Shown piece by piece: positions 39,172 through 53,493 of a stretch of 64,000 bases of DNA. Every line of letters starts with the position of its first letter. Position 1 is the first letter of the stretch. The position numbers and the translations under genes were made by a program. Source of the stretch: Syncephalis fuscata S228 (lineage: Eukaryota > Fungi > Zoopagomycota). Below the pieces are notes generated by a model. It was not told where the DNA came from and did no database searches. It saw only the letters and a program-made list of their open reading frames with translations. The stretch is from the NCBI GenBank assembly GCA_025786725.1, contig JAHLTZ010000022.1:62001-126000 (forward strand). Direction: 5' to 3'.

Positions 39172-40099
39172 CTACAATGGAAAGCCATCTTTGCGTAATT
39201 GATCAGCTGAATGTCTAAATAATTCAATAGGATCACTAGTAAATGCAGATTCCTGTTGATTTGATTGATTTGATCGACAACAACCTGTACTAGTGTTAGT
39301 CTCAGTAATAGACGCGGTTTTAGTTGAGGCACATGCACAATGTTCTTTACTAGCGTTATTGCACGAGGTTGTTACCTCTTCTACTGTGCCTATGGACATC
39401 CAGCCAGATAGACTTGTCGCTAATTGTGCGGGACTGCAACGCTTTTCAAAATCAATAGCTCGCTGCATTAGTTTATCATCTACGTTAACCGGCATTGAAT
39501 GGCCCAATTGATACGCAGTAATAATTGATCTAATAAATGATTAAATTAAATAAATACTTCAATATTGTAAATACTAAAAACATATACTTACGCCAATTTA
39601 CCACGCAATAAACCAATTTCTTTACCTAGTGCCAGTCCTTCTTGATAGCCTTGATCAAATCCACGTTGTAATGTGCGTTCCTTGCCCATTTCCAAGCCTT
39701 CTCGGTAGCCATCCTAATATATTTGTAAATGAGACATAGCATACTATATCATTTGCGTACATTATGATGCAATCGTTCTAAACGAGTCCATTCTCGGTCT
39801 GACATTGCTTGATCGTATCGCTGTATCGTGCCATGACCACGTTGATCCATAACAGCCATGCTGTGCTCGTTATCTACCTCTCTATCATTATCATTGTCAC
39901 TACCCCAGACATCGTCGTGGTGGTTATTGTAGTTGGACTTATCCGGACTAGTACAATTGCTACTTGTATTCAACGAAGAAGCTTGGTGATCTATCGTAGA
40001 AGACCCATACCCGGTTGAATTATCGCTGCTATCACCTCCATTCCTCTCACTGCTATGTCCAGCATGGTTGGTATCAATAGATAAGCTGTTGGAAAACAT
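39172..40099 (-). CDS. YAE1: Yae1 family protein
   Basis: DDVWG...REWTRLERLHHN/DGYREGLEMGKERTLQRGFDQGYQEG (deca-GX3 motif). Confidence 0.8.
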
Positions 40100-40769
40100 T
40101 GATTATGAATCTTAAACGTCGAAAATAGACGTGCGTTTAGTTGAAATAATAGTAAAAATGTTAAATATTTTCAATCTTTTTAATAAACAATTCGACCACA
40201 TTTTACACTAATCACCCTCTTACTCAAATCTATTTCGATAATTGTTGCCTAGTCGCGCAAACTTTTTCTCTTTGTAGCATCTCGTTGGCACTTTTGTATT
40301 AACGGATATTGAATACCCGGGCAATCTAGTAAGTGATCACACAGCTAGATAGGCTGAATGAGCCCAACACTAAGGGGATTATGCTAATATGCCCAGCAAT
40401 TACAATAGTGGCTGGGCGTATTAGCTATTTCTACTGCTTCTATTGCTATTATTGCATTGTTATTGTTGTGGGAGAGAGAGAGAGAGGATATATGCATCTA
40501 TAGAATGAGTGCAGAAAGGAGGATAGTTTGACTTTCTTTCCTCTGTCTCTTCCTCTTTTCTTCTTTCTTTTTTTGCTGCTACAGCCGCTGTTACTATAGT
40601 TGCTGCTGCTGCTGTAGTTGTTGAGTGGTGTTGTATGTGGGTGGGTTCTGTTGTGGCATCGTTTCACTTGCACTAATCCAACTTGCATATCTTTCTGATA
40701 TCAGCCACGCGTTTACCTCCTATTTTCTAACTGTATTTTTCTTTGATTATTGACAGATCGCGCATAATC

Positions 40770-41848
40770 AGTAAGTGCTCTATTGAGACGACTATTAGAT
40801 GATAGCGGCTCTACATCCAGGCAATTACAACTATAAACTAACTATAGCCGTTTTGTTTTCATCGGTAACACTTGTCTCAGTGGATCTTCTATCTAGCGGC
40901 TCAGAAAGCGACTATCAAAAGTACTGGGTAGACTGGTTCTTAAGTTTACGTGGCAATGAATACTTTTGCGAAGTTGATGAAGATTATATTTTGGACCGTT
41001 TCAATTTGACCGGCCTTAGCGCTGAAGTACAGCATTATGCACAAGCATTGGATCTTATTACCGATGCAATGGGTGGGCTACTAGCTAATCTATTAAGCAT
41101 GTAGTATAAAGGCTAATGAATTATGCGATATAGAGGCAGAACTAGACGAAGATTTGCGGGAGGCGGTAGAAAAGTCGGCTCGTCATTTATACGGTCTAAT
41201 TCATGCTCGATTTGTTATTACGGGTCGTGGTCTTAACAAAATGGTAGGTTAAATACGTAGAAATAGATAGACAAATAGTTGGTTAGATTGAGAGATAATA
41301 ATTATGGATAAATGTGTTAACGGTTAATACGCATATATATATATATATATATACATCTCTACACGTATATATAGTTGGAAAAATATAAAAAGGCCGAGTT
41401 TGGTCGTTGTCCACGGGTACTCTGTAATGGACAACCAACCGTGCCAGTGGGTCTTTCCGACCTTTCCTACAACAAAGCCGTTAAACTATACTGTCCGCGT
41501 TGCCAAGACATTTATACGCCAAAGTCTACTCGACATGCCACTATTGACGGTGCATACTTTGGCACTACGTTTGCGCATATGCTTTTTATGGTTTATCCTA
41601 ATCTAGTACCGCAGCGTACCAGCGAACGATACATTCCTAAAATCTTTGGTTTTAAGATTCACGAGATTAGTAAGCAGCACCGAAGACAGGATGAGCTACG
41701 TGAGGATCAACAGCGCCGTTTGGCGCAGCCACACTCGCAATTGGCGGCGGCGGCTGCTATCGCTACAACATCGTTGACAGAAAACAACAATGCGAATAAC
41801 GGTGCACTGCCTTCAACCGGGTTTAGAGAAGGCAATCAAGTGGCTTGA
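40770..41848 (+). CDS. Casein kinase II regulatory (beta) subunit
   Basis: [31 protein letters not shown]; LYGLIHARF; [26 protein letters not shown]. The start codon appears split by an intron (A 40770 | TG 40881-2). Confidence 0.93.
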
Positions 41849-42356
41849 TAGTTTTTGCTTTTTTTCTTGCTAACAATGATGCTGCTAATAATAAGAGCAA
41901 TATGTTTTCTTATTTATTATCCCACTCTATAATTATAATAGTGCATGATAATAAGCTGTACACCATTGTTTCACGTTAATTATTGTTCATCTTAATATAG
42001 CAACATCAAATTCAAAATATCTGACGGGGAGCTATTTTACTTGAGCCGCATACTTTTATTTGGAAATAAAAGGTATGGGACTCAAAGTCCACTTCAACAC
42101 CATAGTTTCTTTTTTACAAATATTAATATATTACAATTAGTTACATTCAATACAGCTACATTGACACGGCTCATTTTAACAATAATATGAGTGATTTATT
42201 TGTGTTGTTTATTACAGAATATTAAACAATCTGCTAATAATCTAGAATAGTTTGGTGTCAAATAAATTTATGTAATAACATTCATGTAATTAACTAGTAT
42301 TTCTTTATAATGAAGATGAGAATGGGTGATAAAGAATATTAATAATAAAATCATTA

Positions 42357-42977
42357 CATTTAATGTTTTATTTTGGTGGTCAAATGACTAACATTTAATA
42401 ACAACCAATCTATTAAACATGATGATGGATGGTGAATGACATCAATTATCAAATACTCATCAATGTAGATTCGTTATCCAATATGCGTATATTCAGTATA
42501 CATATATCCTCTATTCACATATATCATTATGTGATATATTAGGTATTTTGTTTATAATATGCTGCACTAAACTTTATTCAGACCACTCATTACGTTATGT
42601 GCACTATAGCTTTAACATCATTTGTACGCTTTTTCATCGTACATTTATCATTTTATATATCGTTTTATGCTCTCCTAGCCTTCCTCTATCCAAAGCTGTT
42701 TTTATATTTGTTCTAGCTTTGTTATTAATAAATTTTATTTCATTTACTTCATTCATTTAACAGCCGATATGTAATTGCAACCTATAACAATAGAATGTTA
42801 TATACTTGTATAGACGTACATTGTTAATGCCATAGGTGAATAGAATATATGCACATTGGATAATAAATCTATGATGATGAGTATTTGATGATTGATGCCA
42901 ATCACCACCCATCATCATGTTCAATAGATTGGGCGTTATTAAATATTAGTCATTTGATTATTAAATCACATTAAATG
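42357..42977. mobile_element. Degenerate MITE/foldback-like element with long imperfect terminal inverted repeats
   Basis: 42357-42522 is the imperfect reverse complement of 42832-42977 (e.g. CAAATGACTAACATTTAATAAC vs GTTATTAAATATTAGTCATTTG). The interior is non-coding. Confidence 0.55.
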
Positions 42978-43392
42978 ACTGGTAAATTGTTTAATATTTG
43001 CAAATAAAAGTTTATCTTTATTAATTAATAAATGAAATGATATATAAAATCCATAAATTGAATGGCATTGTACATATAAAAACTATAAATAAATTAAAGT
43101 ATTGATGAAAAAGTTGTTCAGTGGTGGAATAAAATAAAGAATAAAAATCAGTTGTATAAAAGCAAGTATATTCATAAAATATGCCATCAGTAAAACAATA
43201 AATGTCATAAGAAGAATAGATAACAAACAATAAGGTATGAGATAAACTTCGCTTCAACCTTTGACAGCTTGTCATTACAATCACTTGTTTAAATCAAAGC
43301 TTTATTTTATAACAATTACGCTATACATTTAACGCTATCGTATATTAGCTATTACGAATAGCCTCTCTCTCTTAATGATAGTTTATCTGTGT

Positions 43393-44441
43393 CTATACAG
43401 ACTCTGATCGTTCAACACCGGTCACTGGTGCAGAGGGTGTTTCTTTTGGTGCCCAATATTCACGGAATTCACGCATTCCCATACGAACACGATCCCATAC
43501 ATTTTCAAATGAATCGGCGGCAGGTCGTACATCTACACTGAATGTTGGATAGCCTGATTCATCAGATGGAGCAGCATAATAGTCAAGTACATAGCGTATC
43601 TGACGTCCACATCGATCAACTGTCCAGTCATGTCGATCAAATGGTTCGGGTGCACTATATATACATACATATTAGTTGTGTGTTAATTAATGGAAACATA
43701 GTAAGCTAATTATTATATCAATAATTATATTATAATTATATCTTACCCAAACCAACCAAAAAAGCGCGCCTTTGGACTTAATGTATTGGTTTACCACAAA
43801 ATTTAACTAATAAAGGACGACATTGTTCACTATATTATAAATAGTGGCAACATTATTAATATTGATAATAAAACTATCATTATCCACTTACTCGGCGTGT
43901 AATGATTCCCAGTAAAGCACTTGTTCCCAACAGGCTTCATTTAAAAAGTTATGAATATCCAACATGGTATCAACATGCTGTTCAGGTGCGTCCTTGCCTC
44001 TACGACGTAGTGCATGATAGAATTGTTGTGGCGATGGATATTCCCAGTTCTCTACGCCATCGCTTCGTGGTATCGAAGAAAGTGTACGTTCCGTAGAAAG
44101 TTGAATCGATTGGTCAGCAGCCGGTTCTTGCGACAGTTCAGGCATTTGGTTTAACGGATTCACTGGCTGTTCCTTTTGTAGATGCTCCATATAAGCAGTA
44201 CGCGTACCATGATCTACGGGACAGCCAGAAATAGCTGGTAGCTGTTCTAATTCGTTGGCAGCAGCGGCCTTCTTTTGCTTTGCATGGTCAACAGGACAAC
44301 GCGGCTTATCGGTAGGCTTTGTCAAGTGGCTATGATCTACGGGACAACCTGACTTGGTTTATCTTCGTTGCTTATAGTATCGGAAGCAACTTTTGACGCT
44401 GCCTTGTCGCCGCTACTACTACTACTACTAAACGGCCACAT
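43393..44441 (-). CDS. CYC3: Holocytochrome c synthase (cytochrome c heme lyase)
   Basis: Three CPVDH heme-regulatory motifs; WEYPSPQQFYHALRRRG; IHNFLNEACW; PFDRHDWTVDRCG..RYVLDYY; DVRPAAD. Apparent 1-nt indel near 44355. Confidence 0.9.
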
Positions 44442-44612
44442 AGTGAATACAAGTAGAAACGACGATGGATTCCAATAAAGATAAAAAAGAAAAAGAAAAA
44501 AGCAAACTATGGCTCGTTCTCTATTCTCCGGCTTCTTCCTATTCCCTGACGGCTATTTATCCAACGTAGTGTGCTGCTGTTTTAGGTGCTTGTCTGTGCG
44601 TGCATTATAACA

Positions 44613-46192
44613 ATGGCATCCCCATTGAATCAGCCAATGCTTGATAGTACGGAAAGCAGCACTGTTGTATTGGAATTACCACCTGCATTGCGTTTATTTG
44701 CTCGTCAAAATAATATCGATGAACGTAATTTTATTACTGATATACCAGATAGCTTACAAGTTGAATCGAGACCACGGGCTGTTCATCGATATATACGCGT
44801 ACCCATTCAATGGCAAGCAACTGTATCACTAAACTACTAGCTCATGATTTAAGTGTAAGTACATCGGATATTCAGTCTGTTCAAGGTATGGACGGATTCT
44901 ACGCTTTACCACCTACAACACGACTAGCACACGGATCACAATTGTAATTATATATTAGATCTATTTTAATAGACAGTTTATTAACTATGTTACTATTAAA
45001 TGTAATTAGATATCAAGAGGGAAAAGTACGTAAATGATCATGTATAGCAATAACGATTAATAGTATGATGGATAAATAGATATTTGGTATTGATATTACA
45101 TCGGCCATTGCTGTCAATGCTTTATCGCTGATTTCTGGTGATCAAGTACTCGATCTCTGTTGTGCACCTGGTGCTAAACTATGTTATATATCGGATCAAT
45201 TAAGCCATTTAGAATCAATCCCTGTTACAGAAGAAGGTACACATCAACGATGGGGTACGGTTACGGGTGTGGATATTTCTCCTCAAAGAATGGCGAATAC
45301 ACGAGCATTATTACGTAAATATCTACCACCTGGACTGCCCAATGCGCGTCTATTTGTAGCAGATGGTACAACATTTAATATACATGCACCGATACGTGTA
45401 GGACCCCATTGGACATCTTCTGGATCTCATTTATTAAGAGAACAAGATGAATTGATAAATAATGGAACATCAACTATAAAGCCATTCTATGCACCGAAAA
45501 CGCTTCGATCTGATCCACAAATTGAGCATCCAACTCTTTTGTATACCAAAGTAAGCCATTTAATATAATGTCGACTATACTATTTATTTATTAATATGCA
45601 TATTCAATATGTATATTTAGGTATTGGTGGATGCAGAATGTAATTAATATTATTAAAATGACCATTTATTTTAATTCATACTAACATTAATATTATATAG
45701 GTACTCATGATGGTTCAATAGCTCACGTACGTAAACATGAACAACAAGGCTGGGTTGATTTGGAGAAAGCCTTTTTGTCTGCAGATCGAGTAGCTCATAT
45801 TGATGAATTACAGGTAAATATTAATATCTATATTATTACACCTATCTACTATTGTATAATAATGTTATATCAATTAGCGATCCTTATTAGAACAAGGATG
45901 GGGATTATTGGCACCAGATGGTGTATTAGTCTATTCTACTTGTTCACTATCTGTACAGCAGAATGAAGCAGTTATCGCATGGTTTTTAAATGAAGGTGCA
46001 GGTGCAAATGGACAAGCAATACTTGAGCCGGCCATCAATCCAACCGATATACCTTCCGTACCAGCCCGTGAAGTATCCGGCCTTCTTCATATCAATCTAC
46101 GTGTCTACTTCGATTTGAACCATGGCACTGTGGAACTTCAGGTTTATTTATTGCTCGATTACGTAAATCGGCCAATGCATAATTACACATAA
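44613..46192 (+). CDS. NOL1/NOP2/Sun-family RNA m5C methyltransferase
   Basis: VLDLCCAPGAK; VLVDAE/CTHDGS; LAPDGVLVYSTCSLSVQQNE. Confidence 0.85.
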
Positions 46193-46288
46193 ACACGCGA
46201 AAGAGAAATAATAAGATAAATAGATAAACATATATATATATATTGTGTGTGTGGATAGGTGAATAGACAGATAACAAGTGAACAAATA

Positions 46289-47152
46289 TTAAACGTCGGC
46301 TTCACTCCTGCCAAATCGTAGAATAAATGTACTATGAATTGCATATTCATTATTAGATTAGATTAGATTAGATTATTAACATTCATTGTCATCACTTACC
46401 TAATAAAGATAAGGGCATTTTGTACAAGTACAACCCATCCTACCTTTAAATCAAGTATACTTTCATTATCGTAAATATCATTAACAGGATTATAGTCATA
46501 ATTATGCTGTACAGCTGATAGTATAGATGTATTCACAAGTGTAAAATGATGGTTATCACTTGTTATACTAAGTAGATCGGTTAACCACCACCAAAGAGAC
46601 GTAAGTAGACCGGCAAATCCTGCTGTAAATGCTGTTAATATTGCACATCTTGCTCTGGCCATTTCTTCATCTGCAGCAATATAGGCATCTCGTTGCAGTA
46701 GTTCACTTGGAATCATATTAATCCTAATAAATAAATAAGATGATTAGTAATTACTATTGAACAGTCCTATAAACATTATAGCAATTACCATATAAGAGCA
46801 ATGGACGATAGAATACCAGGCAGACAACTCCATCCATTGATTCGGGCCTCTTCTGGCTTTTGAATACGACTTACAATCCAAACATCTATTAGAATAGTGA
46901 TATCGTTAGTTAAAGTTGTTACTATTATGTCTATTAACGCTACCTAACCATATCCACCAACCAGCCGCAAACTGATTTAGTATGACAGCAATGACAATAA
47001 CAATAGCAATTGGTTAGTAGGCTGGCAAGCTATTTATTACTAGCGCTACTACTTACTAAAGCACCTGCCATAATACAGGCAGCCTGATTCGACATGATGG
47101 GTCGTCTACTATAGGCATAAGAGGTACTGGAGGAAGCGTAGTCGTGTACCAT
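46289..47152 (-). CDS. UPF0220/Vps68/TMEM50-like membrane protein
   Basis: AGAL/FAAGWW..; SCLVFYRP/IPGI-like segment; INMIPSELL..ARARCAILTAF..LTSLWWW; LVQNALIFI/STFILRFGR. Confidence 0.6.
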
Positions 47153-47420
47153 ATTAGGTTAAAGTCAACTATCGTATAACAAGACTGGTTCGATTGTTCT
47201 GTTGCTCAGTAAAGTAATCAATAGTGCTTATATTGATCATGCAATAAAATAAGAAGAAAAGGAGAATACACGACGATAAATAGGCAACGTCATCCTTTTC
47301 TTTCTCTTTTCTTCTCACTCTTGGCTGGTTGAACTTGTTATTTGCCAGTACCTTCGCCGTTTTATATCCTTTATCGTCTTTCATTCTGCACGTTAGGGAA
47401 AAGACGAACTGTTTACCGAT

Positions 47421-49162
47421 ATGGCTGATCAGAATTCATTGATTGCCAATTTCGTGGCGGCTACAGAAGCAACAACAGCAACGGCGGAATTCTATCTCCA
47501 AGCCAATAATTGGGATTTGGCTGTAGGTTACTACTACATCTATTAAGCTGTATATTAATACTCTTGTGCACATAGCTTGCTGTTAATAGTTATTTTGCGC
47601 AAGGACCGCCACCGATCGAAGCGTCATCTATTGCTGCAAGCTCTTCTCATGACTCAGAAGCTGCAGTGCCTACAACATCTCACTCTGGTACAGGCAAAGG
47701 CTCTAGTAGCTCTTCTACATTTAGACAGTGAGTTAATAGATTTAATCTAATAAAAGCAGTTATTTATTGTAAATAGAACAAAAATTACTACATTACAAGA
47801 TATATTAAAGCGAAATGAAACTGAAGGGGCCGACGACGAAGAGGAAGGAGAAAAGTATTATGCAGGCGGTGAAAAATCGTAAGTTAATTGTTAATCAAAT
47901 AAGTGGTCTATTAATAACCGTGATATAGTGGCACTATGATGCAAGGTGCAGCCAAACCCACCAATGATGATAATTCAAAATCGCTTATTAATCGTATTCT
48001 TAAGAAAGCGGCCGAGTAAGTAACAATTATTAAATCTATAATTGATATTAATGATGCAATAAGACAACAGCCGATGCCACCACCATCAGAGCTTGAACAA
48101 GGATCAAATAGTACGGCACAGCCATCATCATCATCGTCGTCATTTACGGGTCGAGGTAAGTAAAATAATGATATGAACTAATCATGTAGCTTATCGAGTC
48201 GTTAGCCTATCGAGTGGGAGAGGAAGTGCCAGTTAGTTTGGATGAACCAGTAACAACGATTAAATCACATGAACAAGATACGGGAAATGATGAAGATTCA
48301 TCCAATACAGTAAGTTGTTATTATATTAGAATTGGCCATTGTATTGCTATTGTTATTATTATTATTGACATATAATACAAGGTTGTGCGTCATCTTACAT
48401 TCTGGAGTGATGGATTTACCATCGATGATGGCCCATTGGAAAGCTATGATGATCCGGCCAATAAGGCATTTTTAACTGCCATTAACAACGGACATGCACC
48501 ATTGGATCGATTGAATGTAAAACGAGGTCAGCCAGTTGAGTTGGCAGTGGAAAGACGTTTATCAGAGAAATATACACCGCCACCACCACCACCTGCAAAA
48601 CCATTTAGTGGTGCAGCACATCGATTGGGCAGGTAAGTTATTATTAGATTCAATTAAATAAAATACAGGCTTATTACGGATATTTATAGTCCAACACCGT
48701 CCATGAGCAATGCTTCTACGGCAACACAAGCATCTAGTTCATCTTCAAGCACTCCTGCCTCAACACTTCCACCACAAAATATGGTAGGCGTAGATGAAAG
48801 TGAGCCAGTTACTACACTACAAATTCGATTAGCCGATGGTACAAGGTAAATAGTATTGTATGCTAATACTATTTATAACTTACTAATGTTTATTACTATA
48901 GACTAGTGTCTAAATTCAATCATACACATACGATTGGAGACATTCGACGATTTATCAATGCGTAAGTGAATAGCGTGAATAGGAATAGTGTAAATATGAT
49001 ATTAAACTACTTGTTATCTGCATTGATTAATATAGTGCACGAATTGATAATCGAAATTACATACTACAAACGACATTTCCGCCCAAATCACTAACCGATG
49101 ACAGTATCTCCATCAAAGACGCAGGACTACTGAATGCTGTGGTAGTACAGCGATTTGTTTAA
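47421..49162 (+). CDS. SHP1: p47/Shp1 UBA-SEP-UBX Cdc48 cofactor
   Basis: [12 protein letters not shown] (UBA-like); YAGGEKS; [15 protein letters not shown] (SEP); FSGAAHRLG (SHP box); [26 protein letters not shown] (UBX). Confidence 0.92.
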
Positions 49163-49328
49163 TAGAGTGTAGCAGCTTATTAGCGCGTAGTCATGTTGAT
49201 GATTATGAATTAAATATGAATCAAAACAAATGTGAACTTTGGATCAAATGGTGGATAATTTAAAGTGTTTTTTCTTGATTGTTGTTATAAAATTTACTTT
49301 ATTTCTTTTTTATTGACTCTTGTACGTC

Positions 49329-50895
49329 ATGCTGGTCAAGTCATTGACTGACCGTTTACGCCTCTATACAGCTTCTAGTGCTGTCAGCCCACTAAGTAGA
49401 CTATCTAGTCGGGCTGTAGTGTTCTCGAGTATTGGGCCACAGTATCTACGTCACTATAGTACGCTGAAAACAGATGCAGCCTCTACAGTACCATTGCTAC
49501 TGCTTCTACTACTTTTAACCATAATAATAACGATACGACAACCGTACAATGGCCAGCTACTGTTGGGCTAACTGGACCGGGAATTCCGTCTATACTGACC
49601 ACTTTTTACAGAACCGCTTTGCAACTGTGCCTAATCGTGCTTTTCTTCAGTTGTCAGGTGAAGATACGGCCAAGTTTCTACAAGGTCTTATTACCAATAA
49701 TATGTCCAATATAGCCACTGGCGGTGATGGATTTAATGCCGTCTTTTTAACACCTCAGGTTAGTTTAGTACATCAATATACATAATACAACAACAACAGT
49801 AATAATAATAATAATAATACGCGGTCTATACTAATAGGGCCGTGTATTAAGTGAAGTGTTTATTTATCCGCGTAATCGAGGAGTGGCCTTTCCTCATCCC
49901 GTATTTCTAATTGACTGCCCATCAGCACAACGTGATATTTTATTAGCTCATCTACGCAAATATCGATTAAGATCCAAGGTAACTATTGAGCCCATCGAGG
50001 ATTATACTGTATCAAGTGTATGGGGTCCAGCAACATCACAGCTATGGTGGCGACATCATTCTATTCAAAACACCGAAGCGGCAAAGTGGCCAGCTGGTCA
50101 ACTTATTAAACAGAATGGCATTGGATTTGCAGATATTGGTATGCTTGATTGTCGAGCCACCGGTATGGGATATCGAGTAGTAACGCATAAAGAGCATCCA
50201 TGTAAGTAACTGGCCAATAACACACTTATTTAACTTGGATGCCTCTAGTGAATCTACCCTCTTGTTTTACTGAATTAACATCTGATGATTACAATACATG
50301 GCGTATTCTACGTGGTGTGACAGAAGGTGTTGATGATTTCGTTTCTAATCAGTCACTACCATTGGAATGTAATCTCGATTATATGCATGGTGGTAAGTTA
50401 ATATATATATATATATGTATATTTGATATGATTTTTATTGGTATTAATGGTAAATTAATAGTTGATTTCCGTAAAGGATGCTATGTGGGTCAGGAATTGA
50501 CTATTCGCACTTATCATAAAGGTGTTATACGCAAGCGTATTATGCCAGTTCAATTGATCCCGGCAACAATTCCTGAGGATCAATGGACATTAGTACCATT
50601 TAGCTTTCCTAGTGAAGCATTGCCTGTGCCCGGTACTGATATGCAACTATACGAACGAGGTGCATTGGATAATAATTCGGCCGGATCTGCTCGTTCTCGT
50701 CGTGCTCCAGCTCGACTCTGTTCCGTGTCTACTAATATGAATGTGGCTTTGGCACTACTACGACTAGAACACGTACAAGAGGGTCGGGTCTTTTTAGTAC
50801 CAGGTGCCACTAGCCAATCACCAAATTGGCTAGCTAACCATGGATTCCCCAATGGTGGCCAAAAATTGCTAATGAAGCAACATCCGCGTCGATAG
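49329..50895 (+). CDS. IBA57: Mitochondrial Fe-S assembly factor Iba57/Caf17 (YgfZ family)
   Basis: KFLQGLITN; FLTPQ/GRVL; LPLECNLDYMHG/VDFRKGCYVGQELTIRTYHKGVIRKR. Confidence 0.92.
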
Positions 50896-51492
50896 AATAA
50901 AATCAAATGCCATGAAATAAATAATAATTAAATAGCAACTATTATGTCAATGTTATTGTTACTCTTTATTTTAGTTAGACGCTAAAATTGCCTATTTGTA
51001 GATTTATATAAAAGTATTTATAATGCTATAACAGTAAAATTAACAATAAACACCGCTCAGTCGTTTTTTACTATACATTTAAAATGGTCCGTGCCAAAAA
51101 TGTTAATTTTATATTTTATTGTTAGTCTCAGTTCAGTTACTTTAAATAATTAATGCATCGGCAACGTATCTATAAGATATTAATTAAATAATTACATTAG
51201 CTACCATTGCTCTAATTATATATATTAATAAATAAATACATACTATTACAATATCAATATTCATCTATCTATAAAATCTGAGATGAAACCAAGATTCATT
51301 AAACGACCTTTATCGGTGTTACTTAGATCACACGTATCATTTTTTTACCCCAACCGGCTTGCTAACAAACCGACCATTGGCGTTGACTTGGAGTGCACGG
51401 TACACAAGACTCTATCGCTTCTCTTTCCTGTACTTCATTCTCTATCCAGTACTTACGCAACCCGTTTAGCTTGCTAGTTTGAAGTAATTAAC

Positions 51493-52997
51493 ATGGTGTC
51501 AAAGTGTCCATTTACAGGCGCTGAAGGCCTGGCCCATAGCATAGGTATCAACCATGCTGGTAAGTCTTTTGGCTAGTATATTCAACCAGCTATTAATACG
51601 CTATATATGATAGCTGCGTGTTCTGCGTCACGTTATGCCCTCTATGCTTCGGCATTAGTAGGCCTAATAACGCTAAGCTACTACGGCTTTACTCTATTCC
51701 GTATGTTCTTTGATACGACTATTCGTCGTGGTGTTAGTGTACGTAGATATGACCCAGTGTTATTTATTGGCTCTAATTAATTCAATACTACTATTAGCTA
51801 TCTAAATTTGGCGCTAAACGTGGTGCTTGGGCCGGTAAGTAGCAGAAGAACGCGTTCTTTAGTATAGTAGATTGTTATCGGCAAATCGACCGCTATTTGC
51901 CATTGATTGGTTGCTAAGACGATTGTTATCTATAGTTATTACTGGTTGCACGGATGGTATTGGTAAAGCCTATGCACAGCAATTAGCTGCTGCCGGATTC
52001 AATATTGTGCTTGTATCGCGTACATTAAGCAAACTTGAAGATTTAAAGCAAGAAATTGGTAGGTGGTAAATACATGTCAACTTGGTTTTAATTAATCATT
52101 TTCACTATAATCTAGAGGCCAAGTACAAGGTAGAAACAAAAATTGTCACTATTGACTTTGCCCAGGCTGATCCATCAGACTATGAGCAATTGAAAGTGGC
52201 AGTCAGTGATATCCAAGTTGGCGTTTTAAGTAAGTATACTATCAGTATTAAAGATAATCATTGATGAATAACACTTGTAAATAATAGTTAATAACGTTGG
52301 TACAAACCACGAATTCCTATTCGCTTCCAAGATGAAGATGAAACAGTAATTGAAAATATTGTTGAAGTTAATATTATGGCCCAATTACGCGTTACTAAAA
52401 TTATTGTACCGCAAATGGTTGAACGGTAAGTAAATAGTAATGGTTTTATTAATATCAAGCTGATTATACTATTCAATATTAATATTTTATTATAATCATT
52501 AGTAAAAATGGTCTTATTCTTAATGTCGGCTCAATGTCGGCTGTAAGCCCCACACCACTTCTATCCGTTTATTCCGGTACCAAATCCTTCCTTCGTATCT
52601 GGAGCCAGACGCTTGGTGAAGAATTGGCCGGACAAGGCATTCTCGTTGAATGTATCAATGCCTATTTTGTCGTTTCAAGCATGTCAAAGATCCGCCGTTC
52701 AAGCTATATGATCCCTTCAGCCGACAAGTATGTACGCGAATCATTAAAGCGTATTGGTCTTCATGGTGGATCGGCCGTTCCCTTCAATAACTCGCCCTAT
52801 CTACCCCACGCTGTCATTGATTGGGCTGTAGAGCGTGTATTACCACGCAAGCTAATGCTTACCTATAATCATCGTACGTAAACCATAGATTAATACCTGT
52901 AATAACATAAAACTAATGCATCTATTTGCTAGATACTCAATTGTCGATTCGTAAGCGTGCTCTAGCCAAACAAGCCCGCTTGGCCAAATCACAATAA
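51493..52997 (+). CDS. IFA38: Very-long-chain 3-oxoacyl-CoA reductase (SDR)
   Basis: [18 protein letters not shown]; LVSRTLSKL; NNVG; YSGTK; [10 protein letters not shown]; IRKRAL. Confidence 0.9.
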
Positions 52998-53493
52998 ATA
53001 GTACGAATGAACATTTGAATAAAATAAACTGTTTTTGTTCTAAGCAATATTTGTTATTAACGTCTTGTTAAAAACAAACATGAACAATCATGCAAATATA
53101 CAAGTAAACATATACGTATATAGAAATAGATAAATGGATAGATAGATGGATTGAAGAAAGTATATATGAATAAATGAATAAAGATATATTATTTAATATA
53201 ACATTACTTATTCTGATATATTAATGATTTTTTTAAAAGTAGATTTATTTTGCTATAAAAATTGATAATACGTAACCCAAAGATGGCACAAAAAGGACAT
53301 ACAAGCATTGTAAATAGGAAAATTGATGGAAAGAAAATGTCATCAGCTTAAAGGCCAATGAATGTAAAAGTGCATCTTCTATTTCCTTGACGATGGCGTT
53401 TAAATGAACAAAGAATAATAAAAAAGATGGCAATTATTTACTTAATACTAGTAACAGTAGTAGTAGTAGTAGTAGTAGCAATAACAGCATCAA

